The notes under the pieces are model-generated. The model saw nothing but the letters and a program-made list of their open reading frames with translations. It searched no databases and was not told the DNA's origin. From Octopus sinensis (taxonomy: Eukaryota), in assembly GCF_006345805.1 (NCBI RefSeq), contig NC_042997.1, positions 85,436,001 through 85,500,000 on the forward strand: 64,000 nt of DNA, given 5' to 3'. Position 1 is the stretch's first letter. Each line of letters opens with the position of its first letter. Position numbers and translations under genes: made by a program. This document shows positions 39,755 through 51,763 of the stretch, piece after piece.

Positions 39755-39826
39755 TTCATTATTGTTATTTAAAAATTATATAAAATTTTTTAAACTTATA
39801 GAAATCGTTATCATTTAGTATTATCA

Positions 39827-39901
<75 letters not shown>

Positions 39902-39980
39902 TTCATTATTGTTATTTAAAAATTATATAAAATTTTTTAAACTTATAGAAATCGTTATCATTTAGTATTATCAATTATTA
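39690..39980. repeat. 147-bp tandem duplication within (TAT)/(CAT) field
   Basis: cttcattattgttatttaaaaattatataaaattttttaaacttatagaaatcgttatcatttagtattatc identical at 39754 and 39901. Confidence 0.9.
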
Positions 39981-40149
39981 TTATTATTATTATTATTATT
40001 ATTGTTGTTGTTTATGTTGTTGTTGTAAGTTTTTCTGCTTTCAATTTTGTATCCATTTCTTGCTGAGAGTCTTCTCGACATCTAGGGCAAGGATACTCAC
40101 TGATGTTGCTGTTGTTATTGTTGTTGTTGTTGTTGTTATTGTTTTTTTG

Positions 40150-40350
40150 TTATTGTAACTGCAGAAATGTTAGCACGCCAAGCATTTTGTCTGTCTTTAC
40201 ATTCTGATTTCAAATTCTGCTGACTTCAACTTTGCTTTTCATCCTTTTCGAGTCAATAAATTAACTACCAGTGAAACACTGGGGTCAATATAATCAACCA
40301 GTCCTCTCCCCCAAATTTCAGACCTTGCGCCTTTAATAGAAAGGACTATT
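40150..40350 (+). mobile_element. SINE family B
   Basis: gcagaaatgttagcacgccaagc...ttcaaattctgc...ctttgcttttcatccttttcgagtcaataaattaactaccag. Confidence 0.8.
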
Positions 40351-40781
40351 ATCATCATTATTGTGAGATTTTCTTCTCCTTTCAGCTTTGTTTCCATTTC
40401 CTACTGAGTGTCTTCCTGACATCTAGGGCTAGGAAACTCACTGTTGTTGTTGGTGTTGGTGTTATTATTATTATTACTACTATTATTACTATTATTGTTG
40501 TTGCTGCTGTTGTTGCTATTATCTTTAGTTGTTCTTGTTGCTTTTATTTTGGGATTTGGTTTCCTATTCTATATGTTTGAGATGTACTTTCCCCATAAAG
40601 CTATCTTCATTTTTTTTTTGTTGTTTCTTTCAGTTTTTTTTTTATTTTCGCCTGCACAAAAATTGGCACTTGTTTTGGAAAATGATGCTCAATAAAATCC
40701 AGTCTGCCTTACCTTGTACGTACGGACACATAATGTAAGGCTAATAATAATAATAACAATGATGATGATGATGATGATGAT

Positions 40782-40824
<43 letters not shown>

Positions 40825-41094
40825 GTAATAGTAATAATAATAATAATAATAATAATGATGATGATGATGATGATGATGATGATAATAATACAAATAAGAA
40901 AAAATGAGAAGGAAAGCTAAAGATAAAACAAATAAATGAAGAGAGGGAAATAAAAGTAAAATAAAATTTGGTAACATGATCTATAGTTCTAATATATGTA
41001 TATAAACATATATGTATATACACACACACACACACATACACATGTACACATATACACATGTGCACATATGTGTACATATGTATGTGTGTATATA

Positions 41095-41315
41095 TATAGT
41101 TAATCCAAACATGAAAACACAAAGAGAAAACACAACAACGTGAGGACGTGGAACAAGTATAGTGTTATTGGACGCTCAGGAAAGGAAAGAAAGAAGGAGG
41201 ATTTAACGTTTCGAGTGGAGCTCTTCATCAGAAACATAGAAAAACGAAAGATCCAAGGAAGGGAAGACCGAGGAAAAAATCACTAATGATACACACACGG
41301 TCACATATTATGAGT
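41095..41315 (-). mobile_element. PLE-LTR-like repeat with hammerhead-like core
   Basis: Minus strand CTGATGA-a-gag-ctcca-ctc-GAAACGTT at about 41205-41231; homologous to 22255-22565. Confidence 0.65.
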
Positions 41316-41881
41316 GTGTATATGTATTTTTATATACGCATACATACATTAATCCTCTGAACTTCTTAGACTTTCTTAAACTCTTTGATGAAGCCCAGGG
41401 GAACACCCAATACCCTAATTTTATCTACTGATCACTACAGAACATTGAAGAGATGGAAATAACATGTGGGGTATTGGGACCTCTTGGCAGAAACGGCTGT
41501 AAGAAACTGTTCTTTTTCTTTTTCTATTCTAGGAATTACTGGTACTTATGTATGTAATACACAGTCTTTACACATGTATATATATTCTCATAATTGTTTA
41601 AAATAAATAACTGACATAATATAATGTCTAACAGTTGATGTATACTTTTTCTGTATCCCCTCCATTTTCTTCTTGCCGTATACATATGTGTCTATATACA
41701 TGTGTGTATGTGTACGTGCATATGTATATGTGTATGTATACATATATTATATATTATATATATATATATTATATATATGTATATTATAATATATTATATA
41801 TGTATATTATATATATATATATATATGATGTTATATGTGTGTGTATATATATATATTATACATGATGATGATATATATATG

Positions 41882-41915
<34 letters not shown>

Positions 41916-41924
<9 letters not shown>

Positions 41925-42174
41925 ATTGGTGAATTGAAGAAATGGAGCTGAACGCAGATTGAACAGAAATCGTTTTATTTCATTCTACACGTGTTTCAAA
42001 AGGCACAAATTACCAAAATCCGATTGAATAATGGGACCATATTGTGTCTTTCTCTTCAGGAAGAAAATAGGAAATCCGTTGGAAAAACTTTCGAAACACG
42101 TGTAGAATGAAATAAAACGATTTCTGTTCAATCTGCGTTCAGCTCCATTTCTTCAATTCACCAATAATGTTTTA
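41916..42174. mobile_element. Palindromic PLE-LTR-type element with perfect 82-bp inverted arms
   Basis: 41916-41997 is the exact reverse complement of 42093-42174 (checked base by base); 95-bp spacer; (TA)n run on the left flank. Confidence 0.9.
41978..42067 (-). ncRNA. Type I hammerhead ribozyme motif
   Basis: ttttcttc-CTGAAGA-gaaagacacaa..loop..ttgtgcctttt-GAA-ACACGTGT-A-gaatgaaa: complete core, 11-position helix II (1 mismatch, 1 G-U), palindromic helix III, GUA triplet, helix I 7/8 pairs. Confidence 0.7.
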
Positions 42175-42320
42175 ATTTCAATTATCCGCACCAACGCACG
42201 GTTGCAACACCATATGGTTGTACCTCCAACCGTGCTGTTTACTGCTGTGATTTTTGCTACTAAGGTATCGGTTAAACTTTTGATTAATCTACTACAAGAT
42301 TATTCATCTTTCTATTTCAC

Positions 42321-42355
<35 letters not shown>

Positions 42356-43204
42356 TATTGTAATTAAGAAAGAATCTACTTTGAGTTAAATTCCAAACCA
42401 GGAGTCTGTAGAGTTTATTATTTATTTATTTATCTATCAACTTGTTTATTTTTATATGCTTTATGTGTTTTTTTCAAGTTTTTTTTTGCACCATTAAGAA
42501 TTCTGCTTAGATTTCCTGGCCTTGTCTTGTACTACAAAATAACATAGCACTTTACTCTACACTAACAGTTAACTACCATCTTCTGGCATTTTCTTTGAAA
42601 ATATTATCTATTATTCTATCTGCACTTGATTTTTCCAGGTAAAAACAGCCGCTGGTACTGTTGTTATTGCTGCTCATGATGGTGGTGGTGTTGTTGTTGT
42701 GTTGTTGTTGTTGGTGGTGGTGGTGGTGGGGAAATTGTTGCTGTTATGTGGATTGTTGCTTGATGTTGTTGTTGGTGGTGGTGTTGTTGTTGGTGTTGTT
42801 GTTGTGTTGTTGTTGTTGTTGTTGTTGGTGGTGGTGTAATTTTTAGTTCTAGATTTCTTTGTTAATGGCACAGTTGTTATTGCCAATGAAGGTAACAGTG
42901 GTTGTGATGGTGGTGGTGGTGACGGTGGCAGTGGCAGAGGCGGCAGTAGCAGTGGTGGTGGTAACAGCAATGGTGGCAGCAGCAATGGAGCAAGAGGAGA
43001 GGAGGAAGAGTTGGTGGGAGGATGAGAAGTTATTAATGTTACAGCAACGGCAGAGGGGCAGCAGCAGCATCACCATCAATGACTCTGGCAAGAATAAGAA
43101 TGATGTTTTTTCCAGCCATTTGGACCACACTTTCAAAACTAGTTTTTTTCTGAATTTTTGAGTTTCTTAAGTGTTTGAAAAGTTCATCACATAAAACACG
43201 ATAA

Positions 43205-43434
43205 ATTACTCTTTTACTCTTTTACTTGTTTCAGTCATTTGACTGTGGCCATGCTGGAGCACCGCCTTTAGTCGAGCAAATTGAACCCAGGACTTATTCT
43301 TTGTAAGCCTAGTATTTATTCTATCAGTTTCTTTTGTTGAAGCGCTAAGTTACAGGGACACAAACACACCAGCATCGGTTGTCAAGGGATGTTAGGGACA
43401 AACACAGACACACACACACAAACACACATACACA

Positions 43435-43507
<73 letters not shown>

Positions 43508-43620
43508 CATATATATGAGGGGCTTCTTTCAGTTTCTGTCTACCAAATCCACTCACAAGGCTTTGGTCGACCTGAGGCTATAGTATTGTAGAAGACACTT
43601 GCCCAAGGTGCCATGCAGTG
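43205..43620 (-). mobile_element. SINE family A (tail + middle)
   Basis: tacttgtttcagtcatttgactgtggccatgctggagc...gaagacacttgcccaaggtgccatgcagtg. Confidence 0.85.
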
Positions 43621-44570
43621 AGACTTCACCAGAATGTTCCTCGTGCCATTCACTAACAACTTTAGCTTTGTGAATTGGTGCATTATCATCCTGAAAGATT
43701 GTGTTTCCCTCTGGAAACTGTTTCCCAATCATCGGATGAATTTGATCAGACAAAATGCTTAAATAGTCTTGACTATTAATTCTGCCATGAAGGGAAGCCA
43801 TTGCACCAGTGGATTTCCAAGATATAGCCCCACCACATCACAGATCCTCCTCCATGTTTAACAGTTGGAAGAAGGCAGTCTGAGTCAAATGCTTCTTTTA
43901 GCTGTCTCCACACGTATACTTGGCTGGTGGTTGGAAATGAGGTAAACGATGACTTGTTCAGGAAAATAACATTCTTCCACTGCTCTAGGAAACAATTCTG
44001 TAGGTTTTTACTCCACTCTAAACACTTTGCAATGTTTGTTTTTGAAAGTACTGGTTTTCTGATTGCAGCCTTCCCATGAAATCTGGCTTTGTGCAACTCC
44101 CGGCAAACAGTTTTTTTGGAAACTGGGCTCTTGAGGTGGTCATTAAGCTCTGCAGTAACTTTGTGAGCTGTACTTTTGTGATTCTTTCTGACAATTCCCA
44201 TAAGAGTCCGACGGTTCCCATCTGAAAGTTTTGATTTTCTTCCGGAGTTTTGTTTTGACGAAGAGGTTTTTCCCTCTATCTCAAAGGCTGTAATTACTTT
44301 TGAGACAGTACTTCTTGATACACCAAACATTTCGGTTGCTTTCATTACACTAGCACCTGCCATATGAGCACCAACAATTTGACCTCTTTGAAAGTTCGAT
44401 AGATCTGTCACTTAAATGAATATTAATTACCTTTTTCTGATGATAACTGAAAAGAAACAGCAATTTTAGCAAAACATATTAAGCAAAACTAATAATAAAT
44501 CAAAAAGCATAAAAATAAACAAGATTTTGATGGTTTTATAGATATTTCAAAATTATGATGCTATGATATA
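43621..44570 (-). pseudogene. Tc1 transposase pseudogene, 3'-truncated
   Basis: ORF 43776-44411 MTDLSNFQRGQIVG..GRKSKLS..PTVKHGGGSVM, then frameshift to FQDDNAPIHKAK. First catalytic motif degenerate (VIFLNKS), third acidic residue missing. Confidence 0.92.
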
Positions 44571-44574
44571 TATA

Positions 44575-44740
44575 TACAACAGGCTTCTTTCAATTTCTGT
44601 CTACCAAGTCCACTTATAAGGCTTTGGTCGGCCCAAGGTTATAGTAGAAGATACTTGCCCAAGGTGCCATGCAGTAGGACTGAATCTGAAACCATGTTGT
44701 TGGGAAGCAAGCTTCTTAATAAACAGCCACACCTGCACCT
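44575..44740 (-). mobile_element. SINE family A (middle + head)
   Basis: ggcttctttcaatttctgtctacc...gggaagcaagcttcttaataaacagccacacctg. Confidence 0.85.
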
Positions 44741-45000
44741 ACAGGCAACTATATTATTCATGAATTAGACAAAAAGAAACTAGAGTCCCAAAGGGATTCA
44801 CAGAATACTGATTAAAGGAAAGTCACTAAATTAATTGCTTTACAAAATCTGCTGTATGAGATTAAGACTCAAAATATTTAACTTCTTGTTCTTTAGACAA
44901 ATGAAAATTGATATGATATAAGCCTAAAACATATCAGTAGCAGGAAAAAGTCAAACTTAAATAAAGCACGTCTTAGAATTTCATGTCATGGAAGAAGAAA

Positions 45001-45080
45001 ACCATTCCTATGAATTATTAAAGTGATGTGGCAATCTAGAAGACCATTCCTATAAATTATTAAAGTGATGTGGCTATCTA
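45001..45080. repeat. 42-bp period tandem duplication
   Basis: accattcctat(g/a)aattattaaagtgatgtggc(a/t)atcta at 45001 and 45043. Confidence 0.9.
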
Positions 45081-45624
45081 ATAACAAAAGGAAATATTCT
45101 TAAACAGCACCTATAAAACTAAAGGACTATATTTCCAAATATTTCTGTCTGTTTTGAAACAATGAGTGAGTTGAGTGAGTTATGGTTATAGTTTCAAGCA
45201 GGTCCTACAACTATGTAAAGCAAGAGTTCCCAAACTGGGATAAATTTAGCTTATTCTAGATTTGTACATATCTTTCCATTACAACCTCTTAAAAACTGAT
45301 GTAGGGTTATTTTCATAAGAAACTAGCATTAAAAAAATATATATATTAGCAACAAAAGCAGTATCAATGCCAAGAGGTATATTTATCCCCACTTAGATGT
45401 GAATGTTCTATTAGAACAAAATTTTGTATGTATGTATGCATGCATGCATATGTACATACATACATGCATGCATGCATACATACATGCATGCATGTATGCA
45501 TTCATATATGCATGCATGCCTGAATACATGCATACATACATACATACATGCATGCATGCATGCATGCATACATACATACATACATACATACATACATACA
45601 TACATACATACATACATACATACC

Positions 45625-46265
45625 TGTATACGAACAGTTATGCTACATGGCAGTGAGACAGAGGTCTTGTGATGGCTTGAAAGAAATGAAGCTAGCATGC
45701 TTCAATGAACAGGTAATGTCAGTATGCATGCACTACAGAATGTAAATGATTTAAGAGGAAAACTGAGTATAAGAAGCATCAGATGTTGTGAGCATGAGAG
45801 AAGACTATGCTGTGATGAAGACTATATGTGATGCATATGAATGAGTACAACTGTATTAAGAAGAACTGAACTCTAATTGCAGAGGGAACCTGTGGAAAGG
45901 GTAGACTCAGGAAGACATGGTTTGAAGTAGTGAGAAAGGAACTTCAGATGCTGGGCCTCAATGAGGAAATGACAATGGACCAAGAATTGTGGCAATTTGC
46001 TGTACTTGAGAAGATGCATCAAGTTAAGTAAAATTGCTGTCATCTATACATACAAGCTTCTCCTTTACAAGTGCTGGTGCCACATAAAATACACTTGTGC
46101 TAGTGCTGCATAAACACACCCGTGCTGGTGCCATGTAAAAAGCACCCGGCCCACACTGTAAAGTGGTTGGCATTAGGAAAGGTACCCAACCATAGAAACC
46201 ATATCAAACCACAACAGCCCCATGTCAAACCGTCTAACCCATACCTGTATGGAAAATGGATTCCA
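45625..46265 (+). mobile_element. RTE 3' fragment (coding remnant + tail)
   Basis: CIRTVMLHGSET..., GTCGKGRLRKTWFEVVRKEL..., gtgctggtgcc units, ggcattaggaaagg motif. Confidence 0.75.
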
Positions 46266-46794
46266 ATGACAGAGCTTTGTGTTTTTGGTAGAAGCCAGCT
46301 CCTTCAAAGGAAGAATTTAAAAAATTTAAAACAGAAGAGAGAGATACTTACATATATACATACATGCATGCATGCATATGTACATATATACAAACAAACC
46401 TATATATGGACATGAATGCATGCATACATACATACATACATACATACATACATACATACATACATACATGCATGCATGCATACATGCATACATACATGCA
46501 TACATACATGCATACATACATACATACATACATACATACGTACATACATGTATGCATGCATGCTTACATACATACATAATACATACATACATACATACAT
46601 ACACACACATACATACATACTTACATATGGGCACAGACATGCCTATGTGGTTATAAAGTTTATTTACATCCACATGGTTTTGGTTTCAGTCACACTGCAT
46701 GAAATCTTGAGCAAATGTCTTCTACTATAGCCTCAGGCTGAATCGTTGAAGACAAGTTCAGAAAAATGATGTATATTATTATTATTATTATCAT

Positions 46795-47010
46795 TATTAT
46801 ACTCTTTTACTTGTTTCAGTCATTTGACTGTGACCATGCTGGAGCACCACCTTTAGTTGAGCAAATCAACCCCAGGACTTATTCTTCGTAAGCTTACTTA
46901 CTACTTATTCTATTGGTCTCTTTTGCCGAACTGCTAAGTTACAGGGATGTAAGCACAACAGCATCGGTTGTCAAGCAATGTTTGAGGGACAAACACAGAT
47001 GCACAAACAT
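46795..47010 (-). mobile_element. SINE family A tail half
   Basis: tactcttttacttgtttcagtcatttgactgtgaccatgctggagcaccacc...gttgtcaagcaatg. Confidence 0.8.
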
Positions 47011-47022
47011 CTACACACATAC

Positions 47023-47080
<58 letters not shown>

Positions 47081-47135
47081 ATAATTATTATCATCATTAT
47101 TATTTTATTATTTTATTATTATGATTATTATAATG

Positions 47136-47188
<53 letters not shown>

Positions 47189-47239
47189 CGTTATTATTTT
47201 ATTATTTTATTATTATTATTATTGCTGAGCTCAACTGGT

Positions 47240-47600
47240 ATTACTTCCCTGACACCGAAAGAATGAAAGATAAAGTCAATTTTAACAGGATTAGAACTCA
47301 GATTATGAAACCGGAAGAAATGTTGCTAAGCATTTTGACCAGCATGCTAATGTTTGTCATTTGCCAGCTTAATGATAATAATCTTTTCTACTAAAGGCAC
47401 AAGGCCTGAAATCTTGGTGAGAGGGGACTAGTCAATTACATCAACTCCAGTATTTCACTGGTATTTCATTTATCAAACCCAAATGGATGAAAGGCAAAGT
47501 TGACCTTGGCAGATTTTGAACTCAAAACTTAAAAGACAGACGAAATAACTCTAAGCATTTTGCCCAGCATGCTAACAATTCTGCCAGCTCACCAGCTTAA
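47240..47600 (-). mobile_element. Two SINE family B copies
   Basis: Two gaatgaaag/ggatgaaaggcaaagttgacc...ttagaactcag/tttgaactc...gcatgctaa blocks. Confidence 0.75.
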
Positions 47601-47799
47601 TGATGATAATGATGATGATGACGATGATGATAAGGAGGAGGAGGAGGGGGAGGGGGAGGGGGAGGGGGAGGAGGATGGTGATGATGTTGATGATGATGAT
47701 GATGATTGACTCTCGTGTCGATGACATGAGTGTTCAGCTTTTTGCCACATGACCTGCGCAAATAAACGATTGGTTTGTAGTGATCAAGTGTATTTGCTG

Positions 47800-47998
47800 T
47801 GCATTAGCTCACTCTATCAATTCAATGTTGCCTGAACAGGTACATGGTGTACCATGCATCAGGTGTGAAAGTGATTGCAGAACAACATTAGATGAAGTGT
47901 TTTGCTCAAGAACACAATACACCACCCAGTCCAAGAATTGAAACCACGATCTTGCGATCATGAGTCCCACACCCTAACCACTAGGTCATGCAACCTCA
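47800..47998 (-). mobile_element. SINE family C
   Basis: tgaagtgttttgctcaagaacac...ccctaaccactaggtcatgcaacctc. Confidence 0.75.
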
Positions 47999-48000
47999 GA

Positions 48001-48049
<49 letters not shown>

Positions 48050-48769
48050 TAATAACAATAATAATAATAATATGCCCTGATGCAGTACCAGGCAGTGACT
48101 CTCTAGGCTTCTGATTTTAACTGATTGGAAGTGTTATCATGTACGTTGTTTTGTCCTGGTATAAAAGATGGGCTACAGCAAATATTCTGCTCAATACCAC
48201 AGATTTGCTTGTCAGTTGTTTGATCTTAACCAGCTGAGCATGTCCCTTAGTGGCTGACAATATGTGCATCTCTGATCACGAACAGAAGTAGTTGGGGAGC
48301 ATCATAGCCATGTGTTGAGAGGGATTCTTTGGGGTTTGAATAATTTACCTCTGGAAACATGGGTGTTTCATTCAACATCTTTAAACAACCCTTACTCAGG
48401 GACCTTTTGAGTGGGATGGGTTACTCGACCAGAAGAAAATTCTAACTGGGCCCCACCTGCAAGGTCATGTCCTGTTTATCTTGATATGAGATCACAATGT
48501 CGCGCACATATGGTTGTGATGCATGTGCCTAGTGTACCCTTATCAGATGGGTAGTCAAGATGGGTATACTGGGCTTCGTATATTTTATCCTAGTGTCACT
48601 TTGATGGCACGCACTGCTCTCTCATTCAATAATAATAATAATAATAAAAATAATAATAATAACAAAAACAACAACAACAATAATAATAGCAATAATAATA
48701 ATAATCATAATAACAACAACAGTAACAATAACAACAACAACAACAATAATAATAATAATAATGGTTTCA

Positions 48770-49330
48770 TTTTTTGGCACAAGGCTAGCAATTTCGAGAG
48801 ATGGGATAGATTACATTGACCCCAGTGCTCAACTGGTACTTATTTTATCAACTCCAAAAGGAGGAAAGGCGAACTCAAAGCTTTTCTACATTAGGAACAA
48901 GGCTTGAAATATTGTCGGGAAGTGGGCTATCAGATTACATTAGCCTCAGTGCTAAATTGATTTTTGATTTACTGATCGCGAAAGGAAGAAAGGCAAAGTC
49001 AACTTCTGTAGAATTTGAATTCAGAATTTAAAGCCAGAAAATATGCCTCTAAACATTTCGACTGGCGCACTAATGATTCTATCAGCTCACCTTAAAGATA
49101 ACAACAACAACAACAATAATAATAATCTATGGTACAAGGCCTGAAATTTTGGTGGGAGGGTACTAGTTGATTACATCGACCTCAGTGTTTCACTGGTACT
49201 TAATTTATCAACCCCAAAAGGATGAAGGACAAAGTTGACCACGGTGGGATTTGAACTCAGAACATTAAGACAGATGAAATGCTGCTAAGTATTTCGGCGG
49301 GCATGATTTGTTTGCCAGCTTGCCACCTTA
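48770..49330 (-). mobile_element. Cluster of SINE family B copies
   Basis: Repeated acattgaccccagtgctcaactggtact / acatcgacctcagtgtttcactggtact and aaaggcaaagtc / aaggacaaagttgacc blocks. Confidence 0.75.
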
Positions 49331-49837
49331 GAACAACAATAACAACAACAACGATAATAATAATAATGATAATAATGTAGTCTCCATTTGTAGATAGTTT
49401 CTGCCAGTAACCTAATTGAAACAGCAGGACTGGATTTTATGAAGATTTTATTGATCAGCTTCCAACCAAAGGAGAGAATCACTGTCTCTGCTTAACATTA
49501 CTAGAACTAAATTTAAGCATTGGATCAATTGATCCTCCTGATTAGGAGGGAAAACGGCTAAATTATGAACTAAAAAAGCTTGAGCTTCTTTAGCTGATCT
49601 CAATTAAATGAGAATCTGATTATGCTTAGCTTTATATCAGGAATGGTTTTCATAGTTATTTTTTAGTTATTTTTGAGGGTTACTTTTTCTTTTTTTTTTC
49701 TTTTTTTCTTTTTTTGACATAAATAAGGAATTTAGCTTGAAACCAGAACATTCAATCAGAAAACAAATATCTGTCATGTGAATCCGTTGCTAGTAAATTG
49801 CACATTTGGCTCTTTTTCTAAAGATTTTTACACTCAC

Positions 49838-49938
49838 TTAAACAACTTCTCATGTTTCCAAATATATTCTGCTATTCAATTTAAGGGCTGTATTTTTGCT
49901 GCGTCTCTCTCTTCACCCAATTTTCTCACCATATTTCT
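49838..49938 (-). other. Candidate exon (101 nt), all frames contain a stop
   Basis: Acceptor tgatttttgcag|A, donor TTAA|gtgagt. Best frame RNMVRKLGEERDAAKIQPLN*IAEYIWKHEKLF. Confidence 0.3.
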
Positions 49939-50254
49939 CTGCAAAAATCAATATGTGCGCAATAATAACTTTAGCTCTATTGACAATACATGAATAGCAG
50001 TGTTATTACAAACATAGACAAAAGAAGAACTGAATTCATTAAAAACAATAACCATGTGTCAAAGAAAGACTAATAAATACAGAGAGGGCTGGTGTGAACA
50101 TAAACAGAAAGATACTTCATTTCTATAACACTTATATATATTACATATTATATTACAGTTTACACACATACCTCACGCTCCCACATTTACACACACATGT
50201 ATGTATATACACACGTGTGTGTGTGTGTGTGTGTGTATATGTACATGCATATAT

Positions 50255-50296
<42 letters not shown>

Positions 50297-50554
50297 ATAT
50301 TTGTGTGACGGTGTGTGCAGGAATTAGTAGAATACCAGACAAAATCTCTTGCAATATTTAATTATGTCCATTTATTTCCTGAATTCAACTTCCAGTGGGA
50401 ACAGTTTTGACTTGCATCTTTCTGGGGGGTCAATAAACTAAGTGCCAGTCAACTATTAGAGTTGGTTTAATCAATTAACTCCCTTCTCCAAATTTGTAGC
50501 CTTGTGCCTATTAGAGATGTCTATGGTTGTTGTTATTAATATTATTATTATTAT

Positions 50555-50762
50555 TGAAGGCAGCAAGCTGGTAGAATCATTAGTACACTGGGCAAAATGA
50601 TCAGCAGTATTTTGTCTGAGTTCAAATTCTATCAAGATTGACTTTGTCTTTCATCTTTTTGGGGCTGATAAATTAAGTACCAGTCAAGTACTGGAGCTGA
50701 TGTGAGCAACTATCCCCCTCCCCACAAATTCCAGGCCTTGTGCCTGTAGTTGAAAGGATTAT
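50555..50762 (+). mobile_element. SINE family B
   Basis: aaggcagcaagctggtagaatcattag...gagttcaaattc...ttaagtaccag...ggccttgtgcctgtagttgaaagg. Confidence 0.8.
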
Positions 50763-51422
50763 CATTATTGTCATTGTGGATGGGGAGCATGTGTGGGCTC
50801 CATTCATGAGGTTCATCTTTCCACAGCTCATCCCCTTGGCAGAGGTGCAGTCCTGAGCGAAGAAAAGATTGAGAATGGGTGCCTTGCACCTAGAATATCA
50901 TCAGGCATTCAGAACTTTCTACTAGTCAGGCAATGGGATTGGTGAACGTTCCTCTTTAGAAATTTATAGAGGATTAGTAGTGGGAAGTGCGATGACATTC
51001 TTGGAGAGACTCAGGGATGGCATTCTTGGGGCACCGATGAAAGCAAACTGGCTAGTCTGTTCCATATATATATGTACATATATATATATATATATATATA
51101 TTCACACACACACCCATACACACACACACACACACCCATACACACACACACACACACCCATACACACACACACACACACCCATACACACACACACACACA
51201 CCCAAACACACACACAAAGTGTATATGCAGCACGGAGCAAAAGTCTTAGGTCCTGGTGGCATGTAAAGCTGGGGTATTTCCAGAGAAGCACTGGACCCAT
51301 AAAGTGGGCTATCAACACTGTTGGGTTCCAGGCCAGTGCCAGAATTCCTCAGGTGTAGAAAATCTTTGTTTCACAGCGATCACACCGTAAAGTGGGTTTA
51401 GTGAAGAGTAAATAATCTAGAG

Positions 51423-51701
51423 AATAAGAAGACAGAGAAAATTTTTTAACACATCTTTAATGATTCTTTACAATTATTTCTGTACAAACTCTGCTTGCCA
51501 CACCAGTTCACACAAAAATTCAAAGTGACAACAAGGCCGGGAAGATGCACAATGTGACAGCACACCTTTAATGCAAATCTGATGAAATGTCTCTTTAATG
51601 CCTAAAACTGTAAACATTACATAAATTTTCACTTGATACAGAAACAATTGTTATGAATCATTAAAGATGTGTTAAAGAATTTTCTTTGCCTTCTTCTTAT
51701 T
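51423..51701. mobile_element. Older palindromic PLE-LTR-type element
   Basis: About 65-bp imperfect inverted arms (51423-51484 / 51637-51701); degenerate CTGATGA...TAAAAC core at 51579-51608. Confidence 0.6.
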
Positions 51702-51712
51702 ATTGGGATTGC

Positions 51713-51763
<51 letters not shown>

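Noticed and set aside
43776-44411. Functional or domesticated Tc1 transposase
   Set aside because: First catalytic Asp motif mutated, frameshift near 43790, C-terminus deleted.
50770-51390. CR1/L2-like LINE 3' fragment on the minus strand
   Set aside because: Only a faint WNRL-like motif; too decayed to support as a feature.
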